DNA of 64,000 bases from Cetorhinus maximus (GCF_964194155.1 NC_135907.1:21204001-21268000), one strand, 5' to 3'; counted from the first letter of the stretch, positions 1-17,361 are shown. Notes: generated from the sequence alone by a model not told the origin. Translations and numbers: made by a program.

Positions 1-119
1 CCTGGGACTCAGGATTATTATTCTAGTGAGATTATCTTTGGTCAGACAGATATACATTGATTCAGAATGTTGAGCAGTTTTTAAGACCAAAGGTTTGGCT
101 CATATTGGAGGTTGAACCT

Positions 120-920
120 ATGGAAGTTAAATTTGCCAGTGATACCAAGATTGGTAGGAAAGTAAGCTATCAAGTGGAGGTAAAGAGTTTATAAAAGGCT
201 GTAGATAGGTTAAGTGAGTGGACATACAAATTAGGAGCAGGAGTAGGCCATTTAGAGTATAATTTGAACTTGGCCACAGGAAGAATAGAAAAGCAGTAAA
301 TTATTTAAATGCAGAGACTCTGCAGAACTTGGTGGTTAAGAGGGATGTGTGTATCCTGGTACATAAATCATAAGTTAGTATCCAGGTACAGCAAGCAATT
401 AGGAATGTTGGTGTTTATTGCAAGGAGAATGGAATATAAAAGTAGTTGAAGTTTTATTGCAGCTATACTAGGCCTCAATTGCTTCACCCACATCTGGAGT
501 ACTGGGTACAGATTTTGGTCTCGGTTTGAAAAAAAGGATATAACTGCATTAGAAGTAATTCAAAGAGGGTTCACTTAATTCATTCCTGGGATGAAGGGTT
601 TAGCTTATGAAGCAAGGTTGAACTTTACCCTTTGGAGTTAATGAGGGGTGATTTTTTGAAACATTAGATCCTGATGGGACTGGATTGGCTGCAAAAAGTA
701 ATTAGAAAGAAAAAAAAACACATTTTCCCCCCTCACTGAGTGAGTGGTTAGGGTCAGGAATGCACTGCCTGAGAGTGTGTGGTGGAGACAGGTTCAATTG
801 ACACATTCAAGGAGTTAGATGAGTATATTTTGAAAAGATGCAAGGTGCAGGGGTATGGGGAGAAAGGCACTAGGTGAAATGCTCAGAACTAGTGCAGACA
901 CAATGGACCAAATAGTCTCT
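120..920 (+). mobile_element. Degraded CR1 LINE 3' fragment
   Basis: Decayed KFAxDTK, MLxFIARxxEYK and LEYWVQFWS motifs plus CR1-type 3' tail; paralogous to 6680-7490. Confidence 0.75.
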
Positions 921-1570
921 TTGTGCAATCAAAGCCCAGGCAAGCTGCTAGATCAGCCAGATATACACCTACTGGGGTAAAACAAAGTGAGAGTGTGGAG
1001 AATCGAAACACCAAGGCACTACTGGTGACGAGTCCAAATTTCTGTTGGCCAGAAGCATGAACAAATTTGACCCTTAGGATCAACCCCAAATGCAAGAGTG
1101 ATCCTCATCTGCAATTTTGTGATCATTGAAAAATGAAACAGTGCAACAATTGTATTCCTACTGACAAACAGCTCTATTCACATTTAAAATAAGTTGTGTA
1201 ACATTATCATCAATTCTAGGAACTAAGACACTTTTCACAGTCATGAGAAGACAGGTGTTGAATATTTTGAAGGGAAATCATGAATTTCTTCCATGTAATC
1301 AGTGACTTGCTAACTAAGATTACTGTTACAGCCTCTTTCAAATTCCCAATCATTTCAGCATTAAACCCAAGTTAGATGGTTCCTTAAGAACAGAGGAAGA
1401 GGAAGTTCAATACAATAGCTTTTATTTGTAGCAATTATTACTACAGCTGCAATACAGGTCACAAACATTACAGAAGTATTTGTGGAGCTAAATCAAAGCC
1501 TCATACACTGGAGATCACTTGATATACAGTTTCTTGGTCTACAATTTAGACTTGTAGGCCAGTGGTAGAT

Positions 1571-3468
<1,898 letters not shown>

Positions 3469-3913
3469 CTTAATTTCTATTGAGTTTAGAGGATCACAAA
3501 AGTCTACCAACTAGACTTACCCACTCTAACTGCTGTGGTAGTAAGGAACAACATATTTAAACACATGGACAACCCAGCATTTACATAACAGATAATGAGT
3601 GACAGTTATTGGTAGCCAATCAAAACTAACTTGCCTCAAGCAACCAATCCACAAACTTATTAATTAATGAATTGAGCATTGGATGAGCCAATCAGAGCTT
3701 TGAAAGTAATTTTATCTGATTACTTACTAACAAGATCCCTTAGACCTCCCTTAAAAATATTTGGATTAAGATGTCTTGAACTTAAAATACTGAGCAGCAC
3801 CTTTCTGCTTGCAAATCAGTGACTTTAGGAATTCAGCTGAATTAGTGAGAAAACTAGAGACTTGATTTCTTATTGTAGGTGACTGTAGCCTCAATGCAAT
3901 ATCCAGAGATTAG

Positions 3914-4366
3914 GAGGTGTCAGCTGTGGCTCAGTTCATAGCACCCTCGCCTTTGAATCAGAGGGTTGTGGGTTCATGTCCCACTCCGGGAAACCAAGAA
4001 CTGTGATTGTACTCAAAAGAGTTGCAATCTGTGACTGTTAATAACTCAAAAGAGTTTCAATTGTATTGAGGTGTCAGCTGTGGCTCAGTCCATAGCACCC
4101 TCACCTTTGAATCAGAGGGTTGTGGGTTCATGTCCCACTCCCAGAAAACCAAGAACTGTGATTGTACTCGAAAGAAGTTGCAATCTGTGACTGTTGATAA
4201 CTCGAAAGAGTTTCCAGAGATTAGGAGGTGTCAGCTGTGGCTCAGCTCATAGCACCCTCACCTTTGAATCAGAGGGTTGTGGGTTCATGTCCCACTCCTG
4301 GAAACCAAGAACTGTGATTGTACTCAAAAGAGTTGCAATCTGTGACTGTTGATAACTCGAAAGAGT
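3914..4366 (+). repeat. Three tandem copies of a ~143-bp tRNA-headed SINE-like module
   Basis: Units start at 3914, 4068 and 4225; degenerate A box (TGGCTCAGT) and B box (GGTTCATGTCC); tail contains ACTC(G/A)AAAGAGT twice. Confidence 0.85.
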
Positions 4367-4539
4367 ATCAGCAGGTAAGGAAGGTGGAAGTTCTATCATA
4401 AATTTGCCACAAAAATGCCCAACCTGTGGAGAGGATGAAGGTTGTTGAGTATATTTTATATTCAAGACATGTTCTGTGTACTGTTTAATCCAGTATATGT
4501 TTGTAACTGGGTAGTGATTACAGCTTGAGTGGATGGGAA

Positions 4540-4870
4540 ATGGTGGTGTAATAGGAACATCACTGCCCTCATAATCTAGAGGTCTAGGGTGATGCTCTAG
4601 GTCAGAGGTTCAAAACTTACCTTGACAGCTGGTACAGTTAAAATTTAACTAATAAAATCTAGTCTCTGTAATGGTGATGATGAAGCTATTATTGATTGTT
4701 GCAAAAGCCTATCTGGTTCATGAATGCCTTCACTGTTCACTATTTCTGTCACTAATGATGGAAATCTGCCCTCTTTATACCTAGTCTGGCCTATTTTTGA
4801 CCCAGACCAGCAGCAATGTGGTTGACTCTTACCTGCCCTCTGAAATGGCCTAGCAAACCACTCAGTTAAT
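4540..4870 (+). mobile_element. tRNA-derived SINE (elasmobranch type), degraded
   Basis: B-box-like GGTTCAAA and body ending CCCTCTGAAATGGCCTAGCAAACCACTCAGTT; paralog at 11540-11620 plus 12300-12550. Confidence 0.6.
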
Positions 4871-4979
4871 GGTCACAGATCCATCAAATAATTAAAAAAT
4901 AATGTGAGCTATGACCAGCCTGGTTAATGAATCTTAAACGCCATTGTCAAATGCCCAGGTCCAACCTTGGCAAAATGTT

Positions 4980-5280
4980 TTTATTTATTAATTCATGGGA
5001 TGCAGGCATCACTGGCTAGACCATCCAGCCAAGTGAACAATATTCCATTACAATCCTGACTTGTGCCTTGTAGATGGTGGACAGGCTTTGGGGAGTCAGG
5101 ACATCAGTTACTCTCCTTAGAATTCCCAGCTTCAGACCTGCTCTTGTAGCCACAGTGTTTAACTTGCTAGTCCAGTTGAATTTCTGGATAATGATAACCT
5201 CCAGGACGTTGATAGTGTTGGATTCCTTGTTGGTTCTGTCATTGAATGTAAAGGGGAGATGGTTAGATTCTCGCTTGTTG
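4980..5280 (-). mobile_element. L2/CR1-group LINE RT C-terminal fragment
   Basis: ORF 5016-5300 contains VATRAG..LGILRRVT..LTPQSLSTIYKAQVR.VMEY; internally deleted paralog of 12660-15640. Confidence 0.75.
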
Positions 5281-6189
5281 GCTAATTTGCAGGATTTCAT
5301 GGTAAGCCTGGATCAACTGCTAGTGATTTTATAGCAGGATATCTGGCAGATGGAGTGAGATAGAAGTGAAAGAAAGAATTTTCATTTATATAGCACCTTT
5401 CACAATCTTCTAGCTTGGCAACTGCAAACATGGGATATGGTGTCCCATTCCAAATCCCAGATTTACCTTTTATAGTGAAGAATTGGCTCCAGTTCTAATT
5501 TCTGGCATTTTACTGCACACCATCCCAAAACACATCACCCAACTCCCTATCACCTTTGTATTCTAAATAATCATTCTGGGGATAAGAGCCTTGTTAGCAA
5601 GGCCACCATCTATTGCCCATCCCTACTTTATCCTTGAAGGTGGTGGTGGGCTGTTATCTTGACCTGCTACCGTACATGTGGTGCAGCTACTCCCAATAGT
5701 GAAGGGGGTTCCAGGATTTTAACCCAGGAACAATGAAGGAACCTCCATTATGACATTGACTGGTTAGTGTGAACAGCCTGTTTCTGTGCAGGATATCCAA
5801 TGTTAAGAAACACTTTCTAAACCGTTTGGTGGCTGAATACAATATTTACTCTGCTGCAGAAGAATGTAACTGAGACCAGGATATCCCTGTTGACCAGTAC
5901 CTTACTATTACAGCCAAGTGTAGAGTAGCAGTTGAATGGAACACATACTCCTTAAAATAAAATGCGACTAACCGGAAAAGAAAGTCCATGATCCAAATCG
6001 TAAATAGAAGGTCTGTCCATTGTGTTTTTATATTGATGATTGACTCAAGCACAGTCTGACCAGTGTATATTCAAATGCCACTCTTCCTGATACAGCCTGC
6101 CCAAAATGGAAGATGTCACAACCACCACCCAACCACCCCCGCAAACGAAGTTAACCTTATCTTGAAATGGTAAATAACCAATAGGTATT

Positions 6190-6570
6190 TTTTATACTTT
6201 CATGGGATGTGGATGTCATTTGCAAGGCCAGGATTTGTTGCCCATTCCCAATTGTCTCAAAGAGAACATTTCACAGGGAAGTAAAGAGTCAACCACTTCG
6301 CTGTGCATTCGGAGTTACAACTAGGTCAGATCAGGTAAGGATGACTGATTTCCTTCCCTCAAGGATGTTAGTGAACCAGATGGTTTTTTAAAAAAAAAAT
6401 CAATCCTAGTTGTCACTGTCACCATTACTGAGTCTAGTTTTATATGTTTGATTTATCGATTGAGTTTAAACCCCCACCACCCATAGCTGGATTTGAACCC
6501 ATGAACCCAGAACATTAGCCTGGGACTACAGGATTACTAGTAATGCAATGATTACTAGATTCAGAAAGTA
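6190..6570 (-). mobile_element. tRNA-derived SINE
   Basis: Reverse B box (GGATTTGAACCC) with the SINE body that recurs at 18160, 22845, 29470 and 33930. Confidence 0.65.
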
Positions 6571-6679
6571 CATAGTGACCACTGTGTAAAGGGTAGTTTA
6601 CTATTCATTGATCAGACAGATATACATTGATTCAGAATGTTGAGCAGTCCAGAGGTTTGGCACATATTGGAGGTTGAAC

Positions 6680-7490
6680 CTAGGAGCTAAATTTGCCAAT
6701 GATACCAAGATAGGTAGGAAGTAAGTTGTCAAGAGGTAAAGTGTCTATAAATGGCTATACTTAGGTTAAATGAGTGGGCATACAAATTAGGAGTAAGCCA
6801 TTTGGAGTATAATGTGGGAAAATGTGAACTTGCCACAGGAAGATTAGAAAAGCAGGAAACTATTTAAATGGAGAGACTGCAGAACTCAGTGGTACAGAGG
6901 GATCTGGGTGTCCGGGTACATAAAATCACAAGTTAGTATCCAGGTACAGCAAGCAATTCAGAATGTTGGTGTTTATTGCAAAGAGAATAGAATATAAAAG
7001 TAGTGAAGTTTTACTGCAACCATACTGGGCCTCAATTCATTCACCCACATCTAGGGTACTGGGTATGGGTTTTGGTCTCGATTTGAAGGAGGATTATAAC
7101 TACATTAGAAGCAATTCAACTAAGTTTCACAATTCATTCCTGGGATGAAGGGTTTAATCTCATGAAGCAAGGTTGAAAAGTTTGGGCCTTTACCCAGTGG
7201 AGTTTAAGAATGAGAGGTGATATTTTTGAAAGATAAGATCCTGAGGGGACTGGGTTGGCTGCAAAAAGCCATGAGAAAAAACACTTTCCCCCTCACTGAG
7301 GGAGTGGTTAGGACCAGAAATGCACTGCCTGAGTGTGAGTGTGGTGGAGACAGGTTCAACTGACACATTCAAGGAGTTAGATGAGCACATCTTCAATATG
7401 CAAGGTTGTGGGGAGAAAGGAGGAGAATAGCACTAAGTGAAATGCTCAGAACTAGTGCAGACACAATGGGCCAAATAGCCTCTTCGTGCA
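6680..7490 (+). mobile_element. Degraded CR1 LINE 3' fragment
   Basis: MLVFIAKRIEYKSSEVLLQ.Y and RDLGVxVH motifs; duplicate of 120-920. Confidence 0.75.
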
Positions 7491-8141
7491 ATCAAAAGCC
7501 CAGGCAAGCTGCTAGATCAGCCAGATATACACCTACGGGGTAAAACAAAGAGGATGGAGAATCGAAACACCAAGGAACTATTAGTGAGGAGTCCAAATTT
7601 CTGTCAGCCAGAAATATGGACAAACCTGACCCTTAGGATCAGCTACAGGAATTCCCCAGCCTCTAATTCAGGAGTGATCCTCATCTGCAAGTTTGTGATC
7701 ATTGAAAAATGAAAGTGCAACAATTGTATTCCTACTGACCAACAGCTCTATTCGCATTAGAACAGGCAGTATAATGTTCTCACTTCTAGGAAGTGAGACA
7801 TTTTCCAGAGTCATGAAAAAGGCAGGTGTTGAATATTGTGAATGGAAGTCATGAAATTCTTCCCTGTAATCTTAGCAAGTCACTGATTACTGTTACAGCC
7901 TCTATCAAATTCTAAATCATTTCAGCATTAACCTCAAGTTATCTGGTTCCTTAAGAACAGAGGAAGATGAAGTTCAACACAATAGCTTTTATTTGTAGCT
8001 GCAGTAACAATTGCTACAATACAGGTTACCAATATTACAGAAGTAATTGTAGAGCTAAATCAAAGCCTAATACACTAGAGGTCACTTGATATGCAGTTTG
8101 TTGGTCTGCAGTTTAGATTTGTAGGCCAGTGGTAAATTCAA

Positions 8142-10917
<2,776 letters not shown>

Positions 10918-11496
10918 CTTAATTTCTATTACAAGTTTGGATAATCAAAATAGTCTACCAACTAGACTTACCCACCCTAACTGCTGTAGCAAGGAACAAC
11001 ATATTTAAACACATGGACAACCCAGTATTTGCATAACAGGTAACGAGTGACAGTTATTTGTAGCCAATCAAAACTAACATGCCTCAAGCAACCAATCCAC
11101 AAAGTTATTAATTAATGAGTGAGCATTGGATGAGCCAATCAGAGCTTTGAAAGTAATTTTATCTGATTACTTACTAACAAGATCCCTTAGACCTCCCTTA
11201 AAAATATTTGGATTAAAATTTCTTGAACTTAAAATGCTGAGCTACACATTTCCGTTTACAAATATAATTTTAGGAATTCAGCTGTATGTGTGAGAAAACT
11301 AGAGATTTGATTTCTTTGTGGGCGATTTTAGCCTCAGTGCAATTTCCAGAGATTAGGTAGTCCAGAGTTAGGCTGCATTATCAGCAGGTAAAGAAGATTG
11401 AAGTTCTACTCTAAATTCATCATAAAGATGCCCAACCTATGGAGAGAATGAAGGTTGATGAGTATATATTTTATTCAAGACATGTTCTGCGTGCTG

Positions 11497-12299
11497 TTTA
11501 ATCCTGTTTGTAACTGGGTAGTGATTGCACCTTGTTAATGGTGGTGTGGTGGTACTGTCATAGCACCAGGAATTGAATGGTTTAGTGTGATGCTCTGTGG
11601 ATATGGGTTCAAACCCCACAGAGAGGTGTCAGCTGTGGCTCAGTTCATAGCACCCTCGCCTTTGAATCAGAGGGTTGTGGGTTCATGTCCCACTCCTGGA
11701 AACCAAGAACTGTGATTGTACTTGAAAGAGTTGCAATCTGTGACTGTTGGTAACTCGAAAGAGTTTAATCCTGTTTGTAACTGGGTAGTGATTGCACCTT
11801 GTTAATGGTGGTGTGGTGGTACTGTCATAGCACCAGGAATTGAATGGTTTAGTGTGATGCTCTGTGGATATGGGTTCAAACCCCACAGAGATGTGTCAGC
11901 TGTGGCTCAGTTCATAGCACCCTCGCCTTTGAATCAGAGGGTTGTGGGTTCATGTCCCACTCCTGGAAACCAAGAACTGTGATTGTACGCGAAAGAGTTG
12001 CAATCTGTGACTGTTGGTAACTCGAAAGAGTTTAATCCTGTTTGTAACTGGGTAGTGATTGCACCTTGTTAATGGTGGTGTGGTGGTACTGTCATAGCAC
12101 CAGGAATTGAATGGTTTAGTGTGATGCTCTGTGGATATGGGTTCAAACCCCACAGAGAGGTGTCAGCTGTGGCTCAGTTCATAGCACCCTCGCCTTTGAA
12201 TCAGAGGGTTGTGGGTTCATGTCCCGCTCCCGGAAACCAAGAACTGTGATTGTACTCGAAAGAGTTGCAATCTGTGACTGTTGATAACTCGAAAGAGTT
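11497..12299 (+). repeat. 267-bp tandem repeat x3 (SINE-like module plus duplicated flank)
   Basis: Identical ORF starts at 11619, 11886 and 12153; modules at 11623, 11890 and 12157 match the 3914-4366 module. Confidence 0.9.
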
Positions 12300-12659
12300 T
12301 CAAACCCCACAGTGGTAGCTGGTGTAATTTAAATTCAATTAATCAAATCTGGTCTTAGTGATGGTGTGACTATTATTAAATGTTTTAAAAGTCCATCTGG
12401 TTCACTAATGCCTTCATTATGTTCAGTATTTTGGTCACTAATGAAGGAAATCTGCCATTTTTACCTAGTCTGCCTTATGTGTGACCCAGATCAACAGAAA
12501 TATGGTTGACTCTTAACTACCCTCTGAAACGGCCTAGCAAACCACTCAGTTCATGGCACACCTCCAAGAAAGAATTTTAAAAAATAATGTGAACTCTGAC
12601 CAGTCTGGTTAATGAACCTTAACTGCCATTGTCATATGCCCAGGTCCAATCTTGACAAT

Positions 12660-13271
12660 ATTTATTTATTCATTCATGGGATGTGGACATCGCTGGCTAG
12701 ACCAGCATTTATTGCTCATCCACAATTGCCCTTGAGAAGGTGGTGGTGAGCTGCCTTCTTGAGCCGCTGCAGTCCATGTGGTGTAGGTACACCCACAGTG
12801 GTGCGAGGAAGGGAGTTCCAGGATTTTGACCTAGTGACACTGAAGGAGCAGCAATAAAGTTCCAAGACTGAGTGGTTTGGAAGTGAATTTGTAGGTGGTG
12901 GTGTTCCCATGCATCTGCTGCCCTTGTCCTTTTAGGTGGTAGAGGTCAAGGGTTTCGAAGATTCTGTTGGAGCAGCCTTGGTTAGTTGCTGCCATTCATC
13001 TTGTAGATGGTGTACACTGCTGCCACTGTGCATTTTGGTGGAAGGAGTGAATGTTTGAAATTGTGGGTAGGTGCCAGTCAAAGCGGGCTGCTTTGCCCTG
13101 GATGGTGTCAAGCTTCTTGAGTGTCCTCATCCAGGCAAGTGGGAAGTATTCCATCACTCTCCTGACTTGTGCCTTGTAGGTGGTGGACAGGCTTTGGGGA
13201 GTCAGGGGGTGAGTTACTCGCTGCATGATTCCTAGCCCCCCACCTGCTCTTGTAGCCACGGTATTTATATG
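12660..13271 (-). mobile_element. L2/CR1-group LINE 3' part, interrupted by nested insertions
   Basis: PQSLSTTYKAQVRRVMEYFPLAWM...LKKLDTIQGKAAR; sequence resumes at 14544-14650 and 15619-15640. Confidence 0.8.
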
Positions 13272-14539
13272 TGTTAGGAAATAGAGACATTTTAAGTAAG
13301 TTATATTGTGCATCTGTTAGGAATGAATTTTAGCTTTAAAGTTTAAGTTTGATTTGTATTTCTATATTTGTGTAAGAAAAGGTCAAGTGAGTTTCAGTTT
13401 CACTTTAAAAGATGAAACCTGGGATCTAGTTTCATTTTTGAGGGAGACAGAAGGCCTGAAGCTCTGTTGTATACCTGCATTTCTAAGGAGATTTTTACAA
13501 CTCTTGAAGCTAAGTTAAAGCAAGCACAAGGGTAGAAAAAAACTGTGCTGTTGCCTAGCAACAGGGGCCCAAAGAAAGTCAGGCCCCACCCACACAGGCT
13601 AAGCAGTTGAAAGCAGTTTAAGTTCAGATGGAAGAAGGCGCCAGGATAGGCAGGACATGAAAAAGGACAGATAGCAAGTTCCAAACCAAAGAAGAAAGTC
13701 CCCAAGTCCAGGGGAGTGGAACAGGAGAAAGTCCCAAGAAGACCTTCTAGTCAAAGGAAGGACAGAAACCTGGAAATCATCCTGTTATGTGAAGTTAGGA
13801 AGGATCCAACCTTAACAGGAGAAAACTGCAGGAAGCAGATTTAAAATGAGAGCGGCATGTGAGAGGTCGGAAGGTCCAAAGAGACAGCTGAAGGTCTGTA
13901 ACTCTTTACTATGGGCATGCGAAGCAGTGGTGTACTGTTGGCACAGCTGAGCCATTTGAGGGAGGGTGTGTGGAAGGAAGCTTGGTGACCCAGGAAAGAG
14001 GAACATAGGAAGGAGAGTTTGAAACACTGGAGGTGGACCCTTGTGGAAGGGATCTGAGAAAAAGCATCAGTTTGAGAAAAGATTCCAAAGCAAGTTCTTG
14101 GAGAGTGCAGACTGGAAACCCTCATGTGAAAGAGAGAATTCAGTGGGACTGCTCGGCTCAGTGTGATAAGCGTCTGGGGGGAATTGAGGAGATCCATAGC
14201 ATCTGTTTTTGGTGGTATCGGTCACTTGGTTATCAGATTGTGGTGTGTCTGACCGCATGGTTTGTGTACTTACTGTGAACATTAAATAAGCCTTGTGTCA
14301 TTCTTACAAATCTGTAAAGGTATAGCTGTGGGTGAAGAAGCATTGTAATAAAGTTCATTGTTTCTTGTTAAATAAATGTTTGATTCTTTTGTTAAAAGTT
14401 CATCAGCTGACTCCTGTGATTCTGTTCAGTAGCCACACTCCACGTATCTGTAAAAAAAAGTAGAAGTCTGGATCTATCAAGCCAGGCTCCACCCTGGGAT
14501 CAGGCTTGTCTAGTTGTAACATTAGCTGGGATCATAACA
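13272..14539. mobile_element. Solo LTR (1268 bp)
   Basis: TGTTA...TAACA termini; 4-bp TSD TATG at 13268-13271 and 14540-14543; LINE continuous on both sides; non-coding. Confidence 0.85.
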
Positions 14540-14650
14540 TATGGCTGGTCCAGTTCAGTTTCTGGTCAATGATAACCCTCAGGATGTTGACTAGTGGGAG
14601 ATTCAGCAATGGTAATGTCATTGAATGTAAAGGAGAGATGGTTATATTCT

Positions 14651-15618
14651 ACCCCCCTACTCCTCAACCCCCACCTATGGCACCTCCCCATGCCCACGCA
14701 GAAGATGCGACACCTGCCCCTTCACTTCCTCTCTCCTCACCGTCCAAAGGCCCAAACACTCCTTTCAAGTGAAGCAGCATTTCACTTGCATTTCCCCTAA
14801 CTTAGTCTACTGCATTCGTTGCTCCCAATGCAGTCTCCTCTACATTGGAGAGACCAAACGCAAACTGGGCGACTGCTTTGCAGAACACCTGCGGTCTGTC
14901 CGCAAGAAAGACCCAAACCTCCCTGTCGCTTGCCATTTTAACACTCCACCCTGCTCTCTTGCCCACATGTCTGTCCTTGGCTTGCTGCATTGTTCAAGTG
15001 AAGCCCAACGCAAACTGGAGGAACAGCACCTCATCTTCCGACTAGGCACTTTACAGCCTTCCGGGCTGAATATTGAATTCAACAACTTTAGATCTTAAAC
15101 TCCCCCTCCCCCCATCCCCACCCCGTTTCTTCCCCCTCCCCCCTTTTTTTTCAATAATTTATATAGATTCTTCTTTTCCCACCTATTTCCATTATTTTTA
15201 AATCTACAACTAATACCTTGTCAGTCTTTCCACCCCACCCCCACTAGAGCTGTACCTTGAGTGTCCTGCCATCCATTCTTAATTAGCACTTTTCTTAGAT
15301 AATATCACCACCTTCAACACCTCTTTGATCCTTTTGTCTGTGACATCTTTTGATTATCTGCTCCTATCACTGCTTGCTTGTCCCCACAACCACCCCACCC
15401 TCAACTTCTCTCTCCCCCCGCCCCCCACCTTAAACCAGCTTATATTTCACCCCTCTCCTAACTATACTCAGTTCTGCTGAAGGGTCATGTTGGACTCGAA
15501 ACGTCAACTCTTTTCTTCTCCGCCGATGCTGCCAGACCTGCTGAGTTTTTCCAGGTAATTCTGTTTTTGTTTTGGATTTCCAGCATCCGCAGTAGCTTTT
15601 AGCTTTTTGTTTTTATCT
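14651..15618 (+). mobile_element. Penelope-like retroelement, 5'-truncated, intact GIY-YIG ORF end
   Basis: ORF 14769-15098 NLVYCIRCSQCSLLYIGETKRKL..CFAEHL...PVACHFN...LEEQHLIFRLGTLQPSGLN; 13-bp TSD ATGGTTATATTCT at 14638-14650 and 15619-15631. Confidence 0.9.
15470..15509 (+). ncRNA. Minimal type I hammerhead ribozyme motif (Penelope-associated, one core mismatch)
   Basis: AGTT-CTGCTGA-A-GGGTC-atgttg-GACTC-GAAACGTC-AACT: stem I AGTT/AACT, stem II GGGUC/GACUC, palindromic ACGU in place of stem III; core reads CUGCUGA instead of CUGANGA. Confidence 0.6.
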
Positions 15619-16242
15619 ATGGTTATATTCTCCCTTGTTGGCTAATTTGCAGGATTTCATGGTAAACCTAGAACATCTGCTTATGACTTTAGAGCAGGAT
15701 GCCTGGCAAAAGGAATGAGAAAAGTGAAAGAATTTTCATTTATATAGCACCTTTCAGAATCTTCTAGCTTGGCAACTGCAAATATGGGACATGGTCTCCT
15801 ATTCTGCATACCAAATTTACTTTTTATAGTGAAGAATTGGCTCCAGTTCTAATCTCTAGCATTTTACTGCTGACTATCCCAAGATAGTCACTTTTATATC
15901 AGCTCTATCACCATTGTATGCTAAATCATTCTGGGGAAAAACAGCCTTGTTAGCAAGGCCACCATTTATTGCCCACCCCTACTTTGTCCTTGAAGGTGTC
16001 ATGGGCTATCTTGATGTGGGGTGAAGGGGGTTCTAGGATTTTAAACCCAGTGCCAGAAGAAACCTCCATTATGGTATAGACTGGTTAGTGTGGAACAGTC
16101 TGTTCCTGTTCAGGATATCCTATGTTAAGAAACACAGAAAAAGTAAGAGACCAGAAGATCTGTAGGTGGTACCTTACCATTACAGCCAAGTGTAGAGTAG
16201 AAGTTGAATAGAACACATCCAAAAAAAAAATGCAACTAACCA

Positions 16243-17361
16243 AAAATTGCTAGATTCTGGAAAGGTTCCATCAGACTGGAAAGTAGCAAATATAACCCAA
16301 ATATAATTCAAGAAGGGAGGGAGGAAGGAAACAGGAAACCAAAGGCCAGTTAGCTTGACGTCTGTCCTGGGGAAAGTTTTAGAATCGATCATTAAGGAGG
16401 TTATAGCTGGGCACTTAGAGAAACTTAAAGTAGTGTCAGGGTGGTTTTGTGAAAGGGAAATCATGTTTAAGCAATTTATTGGAGTTCTTTCAAGGAGTAA
16501 CAAGGTCGTGTGGATAAAGGGGGGCCTATAGACGTATTGTACTTGGATTTCCAGAAGGTATTTGATGTCACATCAAAGGTTATTGCAGAAAATAGAAGCT
16601 CGTGGTGTATGGGGCAACATATTAGCATGGATAGAAGATTGGCTGGCTGGCAGAAACAGAGAGTATGCATAAATGGGTCTTATTCTGATTGGCAGGATGT
16701 GACGAGTGGAGTCCCACAGGGGTCTGTGCTGGGGCCTCAACTTTTTACAATTTATATCAATGACTTAGATGAGGGGAGTGAAGACATGGTAACTAAATTT
16801 GCAGATAACAGAAAGATAGATAGGAAAGTATGTTGTGAGGAGGACATAAGGAATTTGCAGACGGTTGAGTGAGTGGGTGAAAATCTGGCAGATGGAGCAC
16901 AATATGGGAAAATGTTAAGTTGTTCACTTTGGCTGAAAGAATATTACTTAAGCGGAGAACGGATGCAGAATTCCAAGGTGCAGAGGGATTTAAGGTCCTG
17001 AATGGTCTTGACAAGGTGGACATGGAAAGGATGTTTCCTCTTGTGGGTGAGTCCAGAACTAGGGGGCACTGTTTTAAAATTAGGGGTCGCCCTTATAGGA
17101 CAGCGATGAGGAGAATTTTTTTCTGAGGGTTGTGCGACTTTGGAACTCTCTGCCTCAGAAAGCGGTGGAGGTGGGGGTCATTGAATATTTTTTAAGGCAG
17201 TGGTGGATAGATTCTTGTTAGTCAAGGGAATCAAAGGTTATCGGGGGTAGATGGGAATGAGGAATTCAAAACACAAACAGATCAGCCATGATCTTATTGA
17301 ATGGCGGAGCAGGCTCGAGGGGCCGAATGGCCTACTTCTGTTCCTATTTTGTACGTTCGTA
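16243..17361 (+). mobile_element. CR1 LINE ORF2 (reverse transcriptase) fragment with internal deletion
   Basis: VPSDWKVANIT, PVSLTSVLGKVLE, DVLYLDFQKVFD, SGVPQGSVLGPQLFTIYINDLD, KFAD motifs and a CR1 3' tail. Confidence 0.92.

Noticed and set aside
3477-3520. GTAAGT...ATAG as a 5' UTR intron in copies 1 and 2
   Set aside because: Only about 44 nt, below usual vertebrate intron size, with a poor pyrimidine tract.
3914-3990. Possible tRNA genes
   Set aside because: A and B boxes are degenerate, there is no convincing cloverleaf, and they are fused to a repeated tail; treated as SINE heads.
11497-12299. CRISPR-like repeat/spacer appearance
   Set aside because: Eukaryotic context, repeats of about 143 bp, spacers identical to flanking DNA, no cas genes.
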